From: an uncultured bacterium
Lineage (GTDB): Bacteria > Margulisbacteria > WOR-1 > CAVSGV01
DNA: 32,000 nt
Direction: 5' to 3'
NCBI GenBank assembly: GCA_963699255.1
Contig: OY969425.1
Location: forward strand, 1,140,001 to 1,172,000
Part shown: positions 1 through 9,064 of the stretch, one piece after another
How positions within the stretch are numbered: the first letter of the stretch is position 1
How the letters are laid out: every line of letters begins with the position of its first letter
The notes under the pieces: generated by a model
Seen by the model: only the letters and a program-made list of their open reading frames with translations
What the model was told of the DNA's origin: nothing
Databases searched by the model: none
Position numbers and translations under genes: made by a program

Positions 1-1528
1 CCGCGTCCGACACTTTATCCAGTTCGGCTCCGGTGACAACTCTTCCGTCGCCGGATAAAATGCCGACCTCCCTCGCAATATATTTTGCGGTTTCAGGATG
101 GTCGCCCGTTACCATGATGGTCCTTACTCCTGCGCCAGCCGCCCTGGCTATCGTTTCCCTTACGCCATTCCTAGGTGAATCTTCAAAACTGATCAAACCG
201 CAGAATTTCATGCTCTGCTCCAATTTCTCCCAGTCCGCATGCACATCTTCGCCGGATAGTTCCCTGCGGCAGACAGCTATCACTCTTCGCCCAACAGAAG
301 TCTGTTTTTTGAGCTCCATCATGACAGCGTTCTTATCAACGTTTTCGCAATGATCGATGATCTTTTCCGGCGCTCCCTTCAGGTAAAGCGCGAATTTACC
401 CCCCTCTCCCCTGATGACCGAGTTGGTCTTCTTCTCATTGGTAAAATTGCGCTGCCGGACGATATTGAGATTCGATATTTTTCCCGCGGTCTCTTTCATC
501 AGCACCTCATCAAGAGTGCTTGTGGACAAAGGCGTGGTCGCCATTGTCGCGCAATCCAGGACTTCCCGGCGCGCATTTCCAGGATAAATTTCCTTGATAT
601 GCATTTTCCCTTCCGTGATCGTGCCCGTTTTGTCCGTTACAATGACGGTCGCATTCCCCAGGGTTTCGGCGGCCTTTATCCTTTTCACAAGAAAATTATG
701 TTTCGACAAAGTATAAGCCCCCAGCCCTAGTACCATTGTAATGACTATCGGCAGTTCCTCGGGGATCGTAGCGAAAGAAAGCGACAATCCGGTCAATATC
801 ATCGTCTTAAGGTCCTGACCCCTGAACCACCCTATTACCGGTATGATGATCGACATGAACGCCGCCACATAGACAAGTTTTCCCGCAAGGGATTTCATCT
901 CGAGCTGAAGCGGGGTTCTCGGCGCCCTCGCCTGCTTTGCGGCGGCGGCTATCTTGCCGAGTTTTGTGTTCTGCCCCGTGGAATATATTTTTGCCGTCCC
1001 CTCCCCTGAGGTAACAACCGTGCCGGCAAACACGGCGGCGCCGTTCATTTTTTCCTGCGGGAAAGACTCTCCAGTCAATGAAGATTCGTCGATCTGCATA
1101 TCTATCGATCTGAGGATATTGGCATCGGCGGGGATCTTCGTGCCCGGCGACAGAACGAGGATGTCCCCGGGAACGATGTCCTTTGAATCTACCGCGGTTA
1201 TCCTGCCGTCGCGCAAAACCTTTGCCTTCGGGGAAGCTATCTCCTCCAGCGCGGCTATCGCTTTTTTAGCCCTGAACTCGTTATACACCTCGGCAAAAAC
1301 AAGCAGTATTATTACCACAAATATCGTAATCGCGTCATCAAGCTTGCCCCAGATGCTGTAAACGATACCAACGAAGAACAGGAGAAGTATCATCGGCTCG
1401 GTGATCTCGTGTCCGGCGATGCCGAAGAAGCTTATCTTCTCCGGCTTGAAGATCTCGTTCGGGCCGAATTCCATTAATTTTATTTGAACCTCTGCTTCTG
1501 ATAAACCAATTTCTTCCATCTTATCCAT
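1..1528 (-). CDS. P-type cation-transporting ATPase, N-terminal ~509 aa; 3' end runs off the window
   Basis: Absent from the ORF track, presumably because it has no in-window stop. My reverse-strand translation from ATG at 1528 (GAGGTG SD 1535-1540) reads MDKMEEIGLSEAEVQIKLMEFGPNEIF. It continues through DESSLTGES (~1070-1095), the phosphorylation motif VTDKTGTIT (~620-650) and MVTGDHPETAKYIAREVGI near position 1. The + strand ORFs 33-353, 350-730 and 954-1361 are its antisense shadows. Confidence 0.9.
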   Translation of the reverse strand, partial: MDKMEEIGLSEAEVQIKLMEFGPNEIFKPEKISFFGIAGHEITEPMILLLFFVGIVYSIWGKLDDAITIFVVIILLVFAEVYNEFRAKKAIAALEEIASPKAKVLRDGRITAVDSKDIVPGDILVLSPGTKIPADANILRSIDMQIDESSLTGESFPQEKMNGAAVFAGTVVTSGEGTAKIYSTGQNTKLGKIAAAAKQARAPRTPLQLEMKSLAGKLVYVAAFMSIIIPVIGWFRGQDLKTMILTGLSLSFATIPEELPIVITMVLGLGAYTLSKHNFLVKRIKAAETLGNATVIVTDKTGTITEGKMHIKEIYPGNARREVLDCATMATTPLSTSTLDEVLMKETAGKISNLNIVRQRNFTNEKKTNSVIRGEGGKFALYLKGAPEKIIDHCENVDKNAVMMELKKQTSVGRRVIAVCRRELSGEDVHADWEKLEQSMKFCGLISFEDSPRNGVRETIARAAGAGVRTIMVTGDHPETAKYIAREVGILSGDGRVVTGAELDKVSDA

Positions 1529-1555
1529 ATTAATCACCTCGAAAATAATGTCAAA

Positions 1556-1639
1556 TGACCAATTATCAATGACAAATTAATTCCTAATTGGTCAATTACA
1601 AATTAGGAATTGAACATTGGTAATTTGTCATTATAATTT
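1556..1639. repeat. Nested AT-rich palindrome with 7-nt periodicity between the two ATPase genes
   Basis: Exact inverted pairs: AATGACAAATTA 1568-1579 with TAATTTGTCATT 1621-1632; AATTCCTAATT 1579-1589 with AATTAGGAATT 1601-1611; TGACCAATT 1556-1564 with AATTGGTCA 1586-1594. From 1591 the sequence reads as heptads ending in ATT: GTCAATT ACAAATT AGGAATT GAACATT GGTAATT TGTCATT. Confidence 0.8.
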
Positions 1640-4180
1640 CATGGCTTTTTTAACTTCCATAAACCATAGAGGCAAACTTGAGAGAGCGAACAGATAAAAA
1701 AGTTCCCACCCGGAAAGAGGAACGGTATAAAAGATCTTCTGCAGCATCGGGACATATATTACCATGAGCTGCAGAAGCACCGTCAAGGCAACGGACAGGA
1801 CAAGGTACATGTTCGAAAATATCCCGACCTTGAACACCGAGGCGGTTTCCGATTTGCAGTTGAAGACGTGGTACATCTCAAGAAGCGCGAGGGCAGAAAA
1901 AGCGAGCGTCCTGCCCTTCGCTACGCTGTCTCTCATTCCTACCGTGAACAGGAACAACGAAACCGCGGCGATTATCAGCCCGATAAATACCATGGAAACT
2001 ATTATGTTCTTATTGATTATCCCTTCTTCTTTCCTTCGGGGAGGCTTCCTCATGACATCCCCTTCGATCGGCTCCGCCGAAAGCGCAAGCGCGGGAAGGC
2101 CATCGGTCACAAGGTTCACCCAGAGGATCTGGATGGGAAGCAGAGGAAGGGGGAAATTTAGCAGTATCGCGAAAAGCATTGTAAGTATCTCCCCGACGTT
2201 AGCCGACAGAAGATACCAGACGAATTTCCTGATGTTCTCGAATATCCCTCTCCCTTCCTTTACGGCGGCGACTATCGTCGCGAAATTGTCGTCCGAGAGT
2301 ACCATGTCCGACGCTTCCTTGGCCACATCCGTTCCGGTGATACCCATCGATATACCTATGTCAGCTTTCTTCAGCGCCGGGGCGTCATTAACGCCGTCCC
2401 CGGTAACAGCCACTACTTTCCCTGAAGACTGATATTCCTCAACGATGCTCAGCTTTTGCTCGGGAGATATCCTCGCGAAGACTTCTTCAATGCCAAGCTC
2501 CCTCGCGACCGCCATTGCCGTTAATCTGTGATCGCCCGTGATCATTACGGGCTCTATGCCGGCTTGCTTGCAGGAAGCCACGGCGTCCTTTACTTCCGGC
2601 CTCGGCAGGTCCATCATCCCAACAAGTCCAATAAAGGTCAGGGCTTTTTCCGCCTCATCAAGGTTCACCTTGCCTTTGATCGTCTTATACGCGACACCGA
2701 GAGTTCTAAGCCCGCTTGAGGTCAGCTTTTCATTCTCTTTCAGGATCTCCGCTCTGTCAGCGCCAATGCATAAATCCAATATTTCCTCCGGAGCGCCCTT
2801 TACATATACTATGTGTTCATCCGCATCGGCCCTATGGATCGTGGCCATCAATTTACGCTTTGAATCGAATGGTATTTCATCCACCCTGGGGAAACTGCTT
2901 TCAAGTTTTTGCCTCGTCATTCCCGTTTTGCCGGCCAGGACCATTAGTGCTCCCTCCGTGGGATCCCCTATGACATCATAAGTATTTGATCCATTAAAAT
3001 GCTCGATATAGGCATCGTTACACAAGACAGAAGCAAAAAGCAATCTCTTGATCTTTTCATTTTCAAGCGGCGAGATCTCGTTCTTTCCGTCATAGAATTT
3101 TCCGGCTGGTTCATACCCGACACCCGTTACCGAGATCGATCTTCCATCGGCATATATCCTGCTGACGGTCATCCTGTTCTGCGTCAATGTGCCGGTCTTA
3201 TCAGAACATATGACGGAGACGCTTCCGAGCGTTTCGACTGCCGGAAGTTTTCTGATGATAGCACCCCTCCTGGACATCCTGTACGCGCCCAGCGCCAGCG
3301 ATATCATCGTGACAGCCGGAAGCCCCTCCGGTATCGCCGCTACCGCAAGGCTGACCGCGGTTAAAAAGGCGTCAAAGACCGCGCCGCCCCTCAGCACCGA
3401 TGCCGCAAAAACGATAAAACACACACCCAGACATATGACCCCGAGCCACTTGCCAAAAACATTGAGCTGCTTCTGAAGAGGAGTCTTGATCTCGCCTTCT
3501 TCCTGTACCATTTCAGCGATCTTGCCGATCTGTGTGTTCATTCCCGTTCCGGTCACGATCGCCTCTCCCCTGCCGTAAACAACGGCCGTCCCCATAAATA
3601 CCATGTTCTTCATATCCGCGATAGCGGCATCGGGAGATCTTATCGCGTCAGTGGATTTTTCAACCGGAGTTGACTCGCCCGTAAGGGAGGATTCGTTCAC
3701 CCTGAGATTCACCGATTCGATCAATCGCGCGTCCGCCCCTACAAACCCTCCCGCCTCAAGAAAAATGATATCGCCCGGAACAAGCTCCCTGGAAGATACT
3801 CTCCTGACCAGTCCCGCCCTTTTCACCATAACGCGCGGCACTGTCAATTTCTTAAGGGCCGCGATAGCCTGCCCCGCCCTCTCTTCCTGGACCACACCCA
3901 GGACCGCGTTCAAAAAAACTATGGCTAAAATGACCGCCGCATCCTTCGCCTCGCCGAGAAAGAAAGAGATGATCGCCGCAATAACAAGGATGACAACAAT
4001 AAAGTCGGAAATTTGGGCGAGTAGCATGGAGATGATGCCGCGTTTTCGTTTTTCCCTTAATTCGTTATGGCCATAGACCTTAACTCTTGACGCGGCTTCT
4101 TCTTCGCTGATCCCCAGTTCAAAATTTGCCCCCAAATTCCTTGCGGCATCGATGGTTTTTAGTGTGTGCCAGTTTGACAT
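1631..4180 (-). CDS. P-type (P2/Ca2+-ATPase-like) cation-transporting ATPase, 849 aa
   Basis: ORF track. Motifs: LTGES, phosphorylation site [15 protein letters not shown], hinge [22 protein letters not shown], and about 10 hydrophobic segments. All + strand ORFs from 1764 to 4076 are antisense shadows. Confidence 0.93.
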   Translation of the reverse strand: MSNWHTLKTIDAARNLGANFELGISEEEAASRVKVYGHNELREKRKRGIISMLLAQISDFIVVILVIAAIISFFLGEAKDAAVILAIVFLNAVLGVVQEERAGQAIAALKKLTVPRVMVKRAGLVRRVSSRELVPGDIIFLEAGGFVGADARLIESVNLRVNESSLTGESTPVEKSTDAIRSPDAAIADMKNMVFMGTAVVYGRGEAIVTGTGMNTQIGKIAEMVQEEGEIKTPLQKQLNVFGKWLGVICLGVCFIVFAASVLRGGAVFDAFLTAVSLAVAAIPEGLPAVTMISLALGAYRMSRRGAIIRKLPAVETLGSVSVICSDKTGTLTQNRMTVSRIYADGRSISVTGVGYEPAGKFYDGKNEISPLENEKIKRLLFASVLCNDAYIEHFNGSNTYDVIGDPTEGALMVLAGKTGMTRQKLESSFPRVDEIPFDSKRKLMATIHRADADEHIVYVKGAPEEILDLCIGADRAEILKENEKLTSSGLRTLGVAYKTIKGKVNLDEAEKALTFIGLVGMMDLPRPEVKDAVASCKQAGIEPVMITGDHRLTAMAVARELGIEEVFARISPEQKLSIVEEYQSSGKVVAVTGDGVNDAPALKKADIGISMGITGTDVAKEASDMVLSDDNFATIVAAVKEGRGIFENIRKFVWYLLSANVGEILTMLFAILLNFPLPLLPIQILWVNLVTDGLPALALSAEPIEGDVMRKPPRRKEEGIINKNIIVSMVFIGLIIAAVSLFLFTVGMRDSVAKGRTLAFSALALLEMYHVFNCKSETASVFKVGIFSNMYLVLSVALTVLLQLMVIYVPMLQKIFYTVPLSGWELFYLFALSSLPLWFMEVKKAMKL

Positions 4181-4205
4181 TTACTTCCCCCTGGATCTAA
4201 GTTAT

Positions 4206-4211
4206 TATAAA
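4206..4211 (+). promoter_or_regulatory. -10-like TATAAA 6 nt upstream of ATG 4218 (possible leaderless start)
   Basis: The sequence is TATAAA-atcgtt-ATG, with no purine-rich SD in the gap. Confidence 0.35.
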
Positions 4212-4217
4212 ATCGTT

Positions 4218-4718
4218 ATGAAGAAAATACTAGCAATAACTTTTGTCATCGCCCTGATGCATACAGGCGCTTTAGCCGCGGACCTCGATATCGGGACACA
4301 CGCATCGGTCTATTATCCTCCTGATGGCGGAGGAAATACTATGATGGTTGGAATTGACGCGACATACCGGATGGACCCTTATTTCAGCGCGAGGGGCGAT
4401 CTGGACAATTCCAGCTATCAGTCAGCTGACCATAAATATTCACTAACTTCCATGGCGGTCACATTGATCGGCCATCTGCTGGGTGATTCCAATTTTGATC
4501 CTTACGTTGGCGCCGGACTTGGTTATTATGATAAGAAAATTGACGGGATAGCCGATTCATCTACCGGCCTGAATTCTCTCGCGGGAATTGCCGTTCATTT
4601 CAAAACATTTAGTGCGGGCATTGAAGTCCAGTATGTCATCCCGGATACAAGATATATGGAAACCGGTTTTTATTCTTTTGGCGGGAACATGACAGGCGGG
4701 CTACACATAGAAATGTAG
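4218..4718 (+). CDS. Small secreted beta-barrel outer-membrane protein (OmpW/OmpA-TM-like), ~166 aa
   Basis: I trimmed the start to MKKILAITFVIALMHTGALA, a signal peptide with an ALA cleavage motif. The body is Gly/Tyr-rich with alternating beta-strand pattern (VGAGLGYY, GIEVQYVI). It looks like a paralog of 7502-8029. Confidence 0.6.
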   Translation: MKKILAITFVIALMHTGALAADLDIGTHASVYYPPDGGGNTMMVGIDATYRMDPYFSARGDLDNSSYQSADHKYSLTSMAVTLIGHLLGDSNFDPYVGAGLGYYDKKIDGIADSSTGLNSLAGIAVHFKTFSAGIEVQYVIPDTRYMETGFYSFGGNMTGGLHIEM

Positions 4719-4723
4719 GCTAT

Positions 4724-4828
4724 GGAATAAGGATGAGTGGTGAGTTTAGATCGGGGTGTTGGGATTAGGATTAACACATTCCAATCCTCATTCTCGACTC
4801 ACGTCCCATTCCCAATCTCATTCTTTGG
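4724..4828. repeat. Imperfect purine-arm / pyrimidine-arm inverted repeat between convergent genes
   Basis: Left arm GGAATAAGGATGAGTGGTGAG...GGGATTAGGATT (4724-4772). Right arm CCAATCCTCATTCTCGACTCAC...AATCTCATTCTTTGG (4781-4828). AGGATT pairs with AATCCT across the loop. AAGGATGAG pairs with CTCATTCTT if one G-U is allowed. I could not fold the full structure by hand. Confidence 0.5.
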
Positions 4829-4858
4829 CACGAAAGACAATGTGTCAGGAACCAAGAC

Positions 4859-5716
4859 CTACTTGGGGGACGGCTCTATATGCGTTATTACTTCCTTGAC
4901 CCCGGGAATCGCCTTCTTTAGCTGTTCCTCGATCTGGTGTGAGAGCTTGTGCGACTTGTCTAAACGCATATCGGGGCTGACCCAGATGTGAAGATCAACA
5001 CATATATTATCCTGCCTGCCTCTTGTCCTGATATTATGGCAATTTGACACTTCACCAAATCCCATGACGATGTTCTTTATCTTTTCGGGAGGCACAACAG
5101 CGGCATCGGATAATACCCTTGAGGTCTCCCATAAGATCTCAAAAGCGGAAAATCCTATAAAGACCGCGATAAATACGGCCATTACCGTGTCGATTATCGG
5201 CATGCCGATCTTTACCGCAATGAGGGTCGCGATAACGGAACAAGAAACCATGATGTCGCTTCTGGTGTGTAAAGAATCCGAAACAAGGAAGTCGCTTTGA
5301 AGTCTCTTCCCCTCGCGATTTTCATAGATCATCACGAATATGTTTATGGCGACAGTAACGAACATTACGATAAAACTTCCCAGGTTCACATAAGGGGCGA
5401 CAGGATTGCTGAACCTCTGGACTGCGCCTCTGATTATGTCAAAGGCAAGGAACAGAAGGAGGCCGCCTGTGCCAAGCGCCGTAAGGGTCTCATATTTTTC
5501 ATGGCCATAGGGATGTGTCTTATCGACAGGCTTCGCGGCGATATAAAAGCCCACCAACCCGACGATATTATTCGTTCCGTCTGCAAAAGAATGGAACCCG
5601 TCCGCCGTCATGCTCGCGCTTCTTGTCAAAACGCCGTATATCAGCTTCGCCAGCGCGACCAGCCAGTTCAATATCAACGCATATATCAATACTTTACGGG
5701 CTTGCCTGTATTCCAA
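4859..5716 (-). CDS. Cation diffusion facilitator (CDF) family metal efflux transporter, 285 aa, TTG start
   Basis: ORF track. Motifs: SASMTADGFHSFADG, HPYGHEKYE, SDSLHTRSD, six TM segments and a C-terminal cytoplasmic domain. The start codon is TTG (reverse complement of 5714-5716); the next Met lies inside TM1. Confidence 0.9.
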   Translation of the reverse strand: MEYRQARKVLIYALILNWLVALAKLIYGVLTRSASMTADGFHSFADGTNNIVGLVGFYIAAKPVDKTHPYGHEKYETLTALGTGGLLLFLAFDIIRGAVQRFSNPVAPYVNLGSFIVMFVTVAINIFVMIYENREGKRLQSDFLVSDSLHTRSDIMVSCSVIATLIAVKIGMPIIDTVMAVFIAVFIGFSAFEILWETSRVLSDAAVVPPEKIKNIVMGFGEVSNCHNIRTRGRQDNICVDLHIWVSPDMRLDKSHKLSHQIEEQLKKAIPGVKEVITHIEPSPK

Positions 5717-5717
5717 G

Positions 5718-5900
5718 CTACACCTTCTTCATTTCCAGAATGGCCTCTTCAGGGGACCTGCCTTCTCTTGCCGATTTTATCAAAGACAGAAAGATCTTTT
5801 TATCTTTTTCGGTCTTTCCGGCCAGGCTCTTGTCAATTTGGGCCAAAAAGTATACTTTCTCATCGCCCGTCAGCTTGTTGAAAGCTTCGAGGGAATTCCT
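5718..5900 (-). other. 60-codon stop-to-stop open frame abutting the CDF start; no ATG or GTG
   Basis: My translation: RNSLEAFNKLTGDEKVYFLAQIDKSLAGKTEKDKKIFLSLIKSAREGRSPEEAILEMKKV*. The stop TAG (5720-5718) lies 1 nt from the CDF TTG. The only candidate starts are CTG (5873) and TTG (5846). Confidence 0.2.
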
Positions 5901-6018
5901 TTATCTTATTTTCAGTTTTTGGCGTTTCTATCATAAAAATCCTTACTTGTTATCATTTTATCACATAACTTTGGCTGTCATCAAGGCCAAGTTGACAACC
6001 TCACCCCCTGACAAGTAA

Positions 6019-6090
6019 TGAGTGTGAGTTTGAGTACAGAGTCTTGAGCAAAACAGAAACCAAAAACTCAGGACTAATTACTCACACTCA
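6019..6090. repeat. Two-stem palindromic element with hexamer-repeat arms in a divergent intergenic region
   Basis: Outer stem TGAGTGTGAGT 6019-6029 pairs exactly with ACTCACACTCA 6080-6090 (11 bp). Inner stem AGTCTTGAG 6040-6048 pairs with CTCAGGACT 6067-6075 (9 bp with one U-G on the + strand). The loop is A-rich: CAAAACAGAAACCAAAAA. The arms are TGAGTN / ACTCAC tandem units. Confidence 0.75.
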
Positions 6091-6130
6091 CACTAAAGAC
6101 TGGAAGATCCACAAAAATTGACGTCTATGA

Positions 6131-6136
6131 TATAAT
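6131..6136 (+). promoter_or_regulatory. TATAAT -10 box 10 nt upstream of ATG 6147
   Basis: The sequence is TATAAT-agcttcactt-ATG, with no SD in the gap. Confidence 0.45.
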
Positions 6137-6146
6137 AGCTTCACTT

Positions 6147-7499
6147 ATGGCAAAAATATTCCCATTTAATGGGGTCACTTACAACAAGAAAAAAGTCGGG
6201 AATTTTTCAAAAGTGACCATACCACCCTACGACATAATATCAAAAGAGGATCAGGCAAGGTTTTACCAGCTCCATCCGTATAACTGCATAAGGCTGACCC
6301 TCGGAAAAGATTATCAGGGAGACACCGAATTCAACAACAAATATACAAGAGCCAACGGCTTTTTCAGGACCTGGCTTAATAACGAAATACTGAAGCAGGA
6401 TGAAGAAGAATCAATATACGCCTATGAACAGAGATTCAGCTATAAAGGCAAAAAATACGTCAGGCTCGGCTTTATAGCGCTGTTCAAGCTGGAGGAGCTG
6501 GAAGCCGGCCGTGTTTATCCGCACGAAAACACCCTGCCCAAACCAAAACTGGACAGGCTGTCCCTTCTCAAGGCGACGGCGGCGAATTTTGAGCCGATAT
6601 TCTCGATCTATCTAGATGAAGACGAAAAAATATCCAAAATGATCAAGAAATGCATAAAAAGAAAAACGATCGCTGAAGCGAAGGATATGTTCGGCATCCA
6701 TAACAGGCTCTGGAAGATTTCCGGCAAAGCGAACATAAATAAGATCACGAAGGAAATGATGAACAAACAGGTGTTCATTGCAGACGGGCATCACAGATAT
6801 GAAGCATCCCTTAAGTACAGGAATGAAATGAGGACAAAATCCCAGAAATCAACGGGCGACGAACCGTATAATTTCATTATGATGTATTTTGCCAATGCAT
6901 ACGATAAGGGACTTATAATCATGCCCATACACAGGCTTGTGTTGAACCTGAACCTGAAGGAAAAGATCAATCTTGAGAACAGGCTTGTTGATTACTTCGA
7001 CATTGAAGACATCAGGTTCGCAAAAAAAGATGAGCTGCCCGCAAGAAAAAAGCTAATAAGATGCATGTCAAAAGCCAAAGAAGGCGAGCATTTCTTCGGG
7101 ATGAGCCTACACGGAGAGAACAAATATTCCCTCCTGAAACTGAAGAATGAAAAGATAATCGAAAAATATATAAGCGCTGATAAGCCGAGGGAATGGAAAA
7201 AGCTGGATATAACAATACTCCATTCGCTTGTGATAAGAGACATACTGGGCATCACGGATAAAGATATCGAGGCGGAAAATGCCATCAGATACGTTCATAA
7301 TGATGATGAAGCTTTCACTCTGGTAGCCGAAGGCAAGTACCAGGTCGCTTTCTTCATGAATCCGACAAAGATAGAACAGGTAACGGCCTTAGCAAGCAAA
7401 TACGAAAAAATGCCCCAGAAGTCAACATTCTTCTTTCCGAAACTGCTGACAGGACTTGTGATGTATAAAATGTCCCACCTGGAAAGGATCATGTTCTAG
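6147..7499 (+). CDS. DUF1015 family protein, 450 aa
   Basis: ORF track. The N-terminus MAKIFPFNGVTY, the FIADGHHRYEASL motif and the C-terminal PQKSTFFFPKLLTGL match DUF1015 as I remember it. Confidence 0.75.
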   Translation: MAKIFPFNGVTYNKKKVGNFSKVTIPPYDIISKEDQARFYQLHPYNCIRLTLGKDYQGDTEFNNKYTRANGFFRTWLNNEILKQDEEESIYAYEQRFSYKGKKYVRLGFIALFKLEELEAGRVYPHENTLPKPKLDRLSLLKATAANFEPIFSIYLDEDEKISKMIKKCIKRKTIAEAKDMFGIHNRLWKISGKANINKITKEMMNKQVFIADGHHRYEASLKYRNEMRTKSQKSTGDEPYNFIMMYFANAYDKGLIIMPIHRLVLNLNLKEKINLENRLVDYFDIEDIRFAKKDELPARKKLIRCMSKAKEGEHFFGMSLHGENKYSLLKLKNEKIIEKYISADKPREWKKLDITILHSLVIRDILGITDKDIEAENAIRYVHNDDEAFTLVAEGKYQVAFFMNPTKIEQVTALASKYEKMPQKSTFFFPKLLTGLVMYKMSHLERIMF

Positions 7500-7501
7500 G
7501 T

Positions 7502-8029
7502 TCAGAATTTGTGCCCCAGGTTCAGGTCAAATTCGGCTATGGTCCCGCCATCCGCTATATTATTCAGGACTATTTTTGGCGTCAAAAAGAAATCGCCTAT
7601 ACGGAAGTTCGGGGCGATAGCCAGGTATGTGGCGCTCCCGTGCGTATCATCGTCTATTGAATATTGCGCTCCGGAGAAACTGTCATTGTAATCGACCGCT
7701 TTAGTGATGTAAAAGGAAGCCTTCCCGATGTGTATCGTTAAATAAAGGTCATCGGTAATGACATATTTAACGGCAAAGCCGTATTTCAATATATTTATGT
7801 TCTGTTCCATTTCGGCGTTGGTTACCTGCTGTTCAACCTCTCCCCCTAAATTAAATCCTCCAAACGGATAAAACATGTCAACGCCTATGCTCACCCCTGT
7901 GCCGGGACCGTTCACAAGTCCGAGATGAAAAGATGAGTCAAAGGGGACATTGGACCCGGAAAATACGGCGGCAGAAGCAGGAAGGCATGTGATCGTGAGG
8001 CATAAAAGAACAAGTATTTTTGTTTTCAT
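7502..8029 (-). CDS. Small secreted beta-barrel outer-membrane protein, ~175 aa
   Basis: I trimmed the start to MKTKILVLLCLTITCLPASAAVF (signal peptide). The protein is Gly/Tyr-rich with alternating strands and ends in a C-terminal Phe (LNLGHKF), typical of BAM substrates. Confidence 0.65.
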   Translation of the reverse strand: MKTKILVLLCLTITCLPASAAVFSGSNVPFDSSFHLGLVNGPGTGVSIGVDMFYPFGGFNLGGEVEQQVTNAEMEQNINILKYGFAVKYVITDDLYLTIHIGKASFYITKAVDYNDSFSGAQYSIDDDTHGSATYLAIAPNFRIGDFFLTPKIVLNNIADGGTIAEFDLNLGHKF

Positions 8030-8040
8030 AACGTTGAGCA

Positions 8041-8046
8041 ATTATA
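8041..8046 (-). promoter_or_regulatory. TATAAT -10 box (minus strand) 11 nt upstream of ATG 8029
   Basis: The minus strand reads TATAAT-tgctcaacgtt-ATG, with no SD. Confidence 0.4.
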
Positions 8047-8093
8047 TAACTTTATTCCGGCCGGGTAAACTCCGCATTTATCGGGAATTCCGT

Positions 8094-8987
8094 TCACAAA
8101 ACATTTTTACCCGTTAATTTTCTATATGCCTCCAGATATTTATCCCTTGTTTTCATGACAACTTCCGGAGTAAGCGGCGGAGCAGGCGGATTTTTATCCC
8201 ACTTAATGGAGATCAGATAATCCCTGACGAACTGCTTGTCAAAGCTCTTTTGAGGCCCGCCTTCCCTGTAGCCGTCCTTCGGCCAGAAGCGTGAAGAATC
8301 AGGCGTCAAGATCTCATCTATGAGTATTATCTTTCCGCCCGCCTCGCCGAACTCGAATTTTGTATCCGCTATTATTATGCCCTTCGACTCGGCGTGCCTG
8401 CATGCGGCTTTATATATCTCGAGCGTCTTGGATTTTAATATATCCGCAAGCTTATCTCCCACGATCTTTCTCATCTCGGCCTCGGTAATGTTCATGTCAT
8501 GGCCGGACACGGCTTTTGTCGACGGCGTAAAAATAGGCTCGGGCAGCCTGGATGATTCCTTAAGCCCGGCCGGAAGCTTGATGCCCGAAACCGATCCCTT
8601 TTCCTTATACTCCGCCCATGCCGAGCCGGACAGGTATCCTCTCACGACGCATTCCATCTCGATCAGATTCGCCTTTTTCCCTATAACCGACCTCTTATCC
8701 AGTATGCCGGCATATTTCTGAAGTTCTTTCGGATACTTTTTCACGTCCGCGGTGACAACATGGTTATCGATGATATTTTTTGTGCGGTCGAACCAGAAAA
8801 GTGAGAGCATATTGAGTATCTTGCCCTTGTCCGGGATCGGCGTCGGGATAACGGAATCGAACGCGGAGATGCGATCCGTCGCGACTATCAAAAGCCTGTC
8901 GCCGAGGTCAAAAACATCGCGGACCTTGCCTCTTTTGAACAGAGGGATTCCCGGAAGGTCAACTTTAATAACGGGATTATTACTCAT
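8094..8987 (-). CDS. purC: Phosphoribosylaminoimidazole-succinocarboxamide (SAICAR) synthase
   Basis: ORF track. Motifs: GKVRDVFDLGDRLLIVATDRISAFD, IIADTKFEFG, LTPDSSRFW. Confidence 0.93.
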   Translation of the reverse strand: MSNNPVIKVDLPGIPLFKRGKVRDVFDLGDRLLIVATDRISAFDSVIPTPIPDKGKILNMLSLFWFDRTKNIIDNHVVTADVKKYPKELQKYAGILDKRSVIGKKANLIEMECVVRGYLSGSAWAEYKEKGSVSGIKLPAGLKESSRLPEPIFTPSTKAVSGHDMNITEAEMRKIVGDKLADILKSKTLEIYKAACRHAESKGIIIADTKFEFGEAGGKIILIDEILTPDSSRFWPKDGYREGGPQKSFDKQFVRDYLISIKWDKNPPAPPLTPEVVMKTRDKYLEAYRKLTGKNVL

Positions 8988-8998
8988 CTAAAAGAAAT

Positions 8999-9004
8999 AT
9001 TATA
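8999..9004 (-). promoter_or_regulatory. TATAAT -10 box (minus strand) 11 nt upstream of purC ATG 8987
   Basis: The minus strand reads cTTGAAtatcctcgggaattctTATAATatttcttttagATG. There is a TTGAA-type -35 and no SD in the gap. Confidence 0.45.
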
Positions 9005-9064
9005 AGAATTCCCGAGGATATTCAAGAGGAATATTTTCGCATGAAATATTTTACTATTGAGTAA

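Noticed and set aside
33-4076. Many + strand ORFs of 60-220 aa (for example 33-353, 350-730, 954-1361, 1764-2432, 2538-2981, 3603-4076)
   Set aside because: All lie antisense to the two P-type ATPase reading frames, which carry unambiguous motifs. Their translations are low-complexity Ser/Pro/Ala/Arg-rich shadow sequences.
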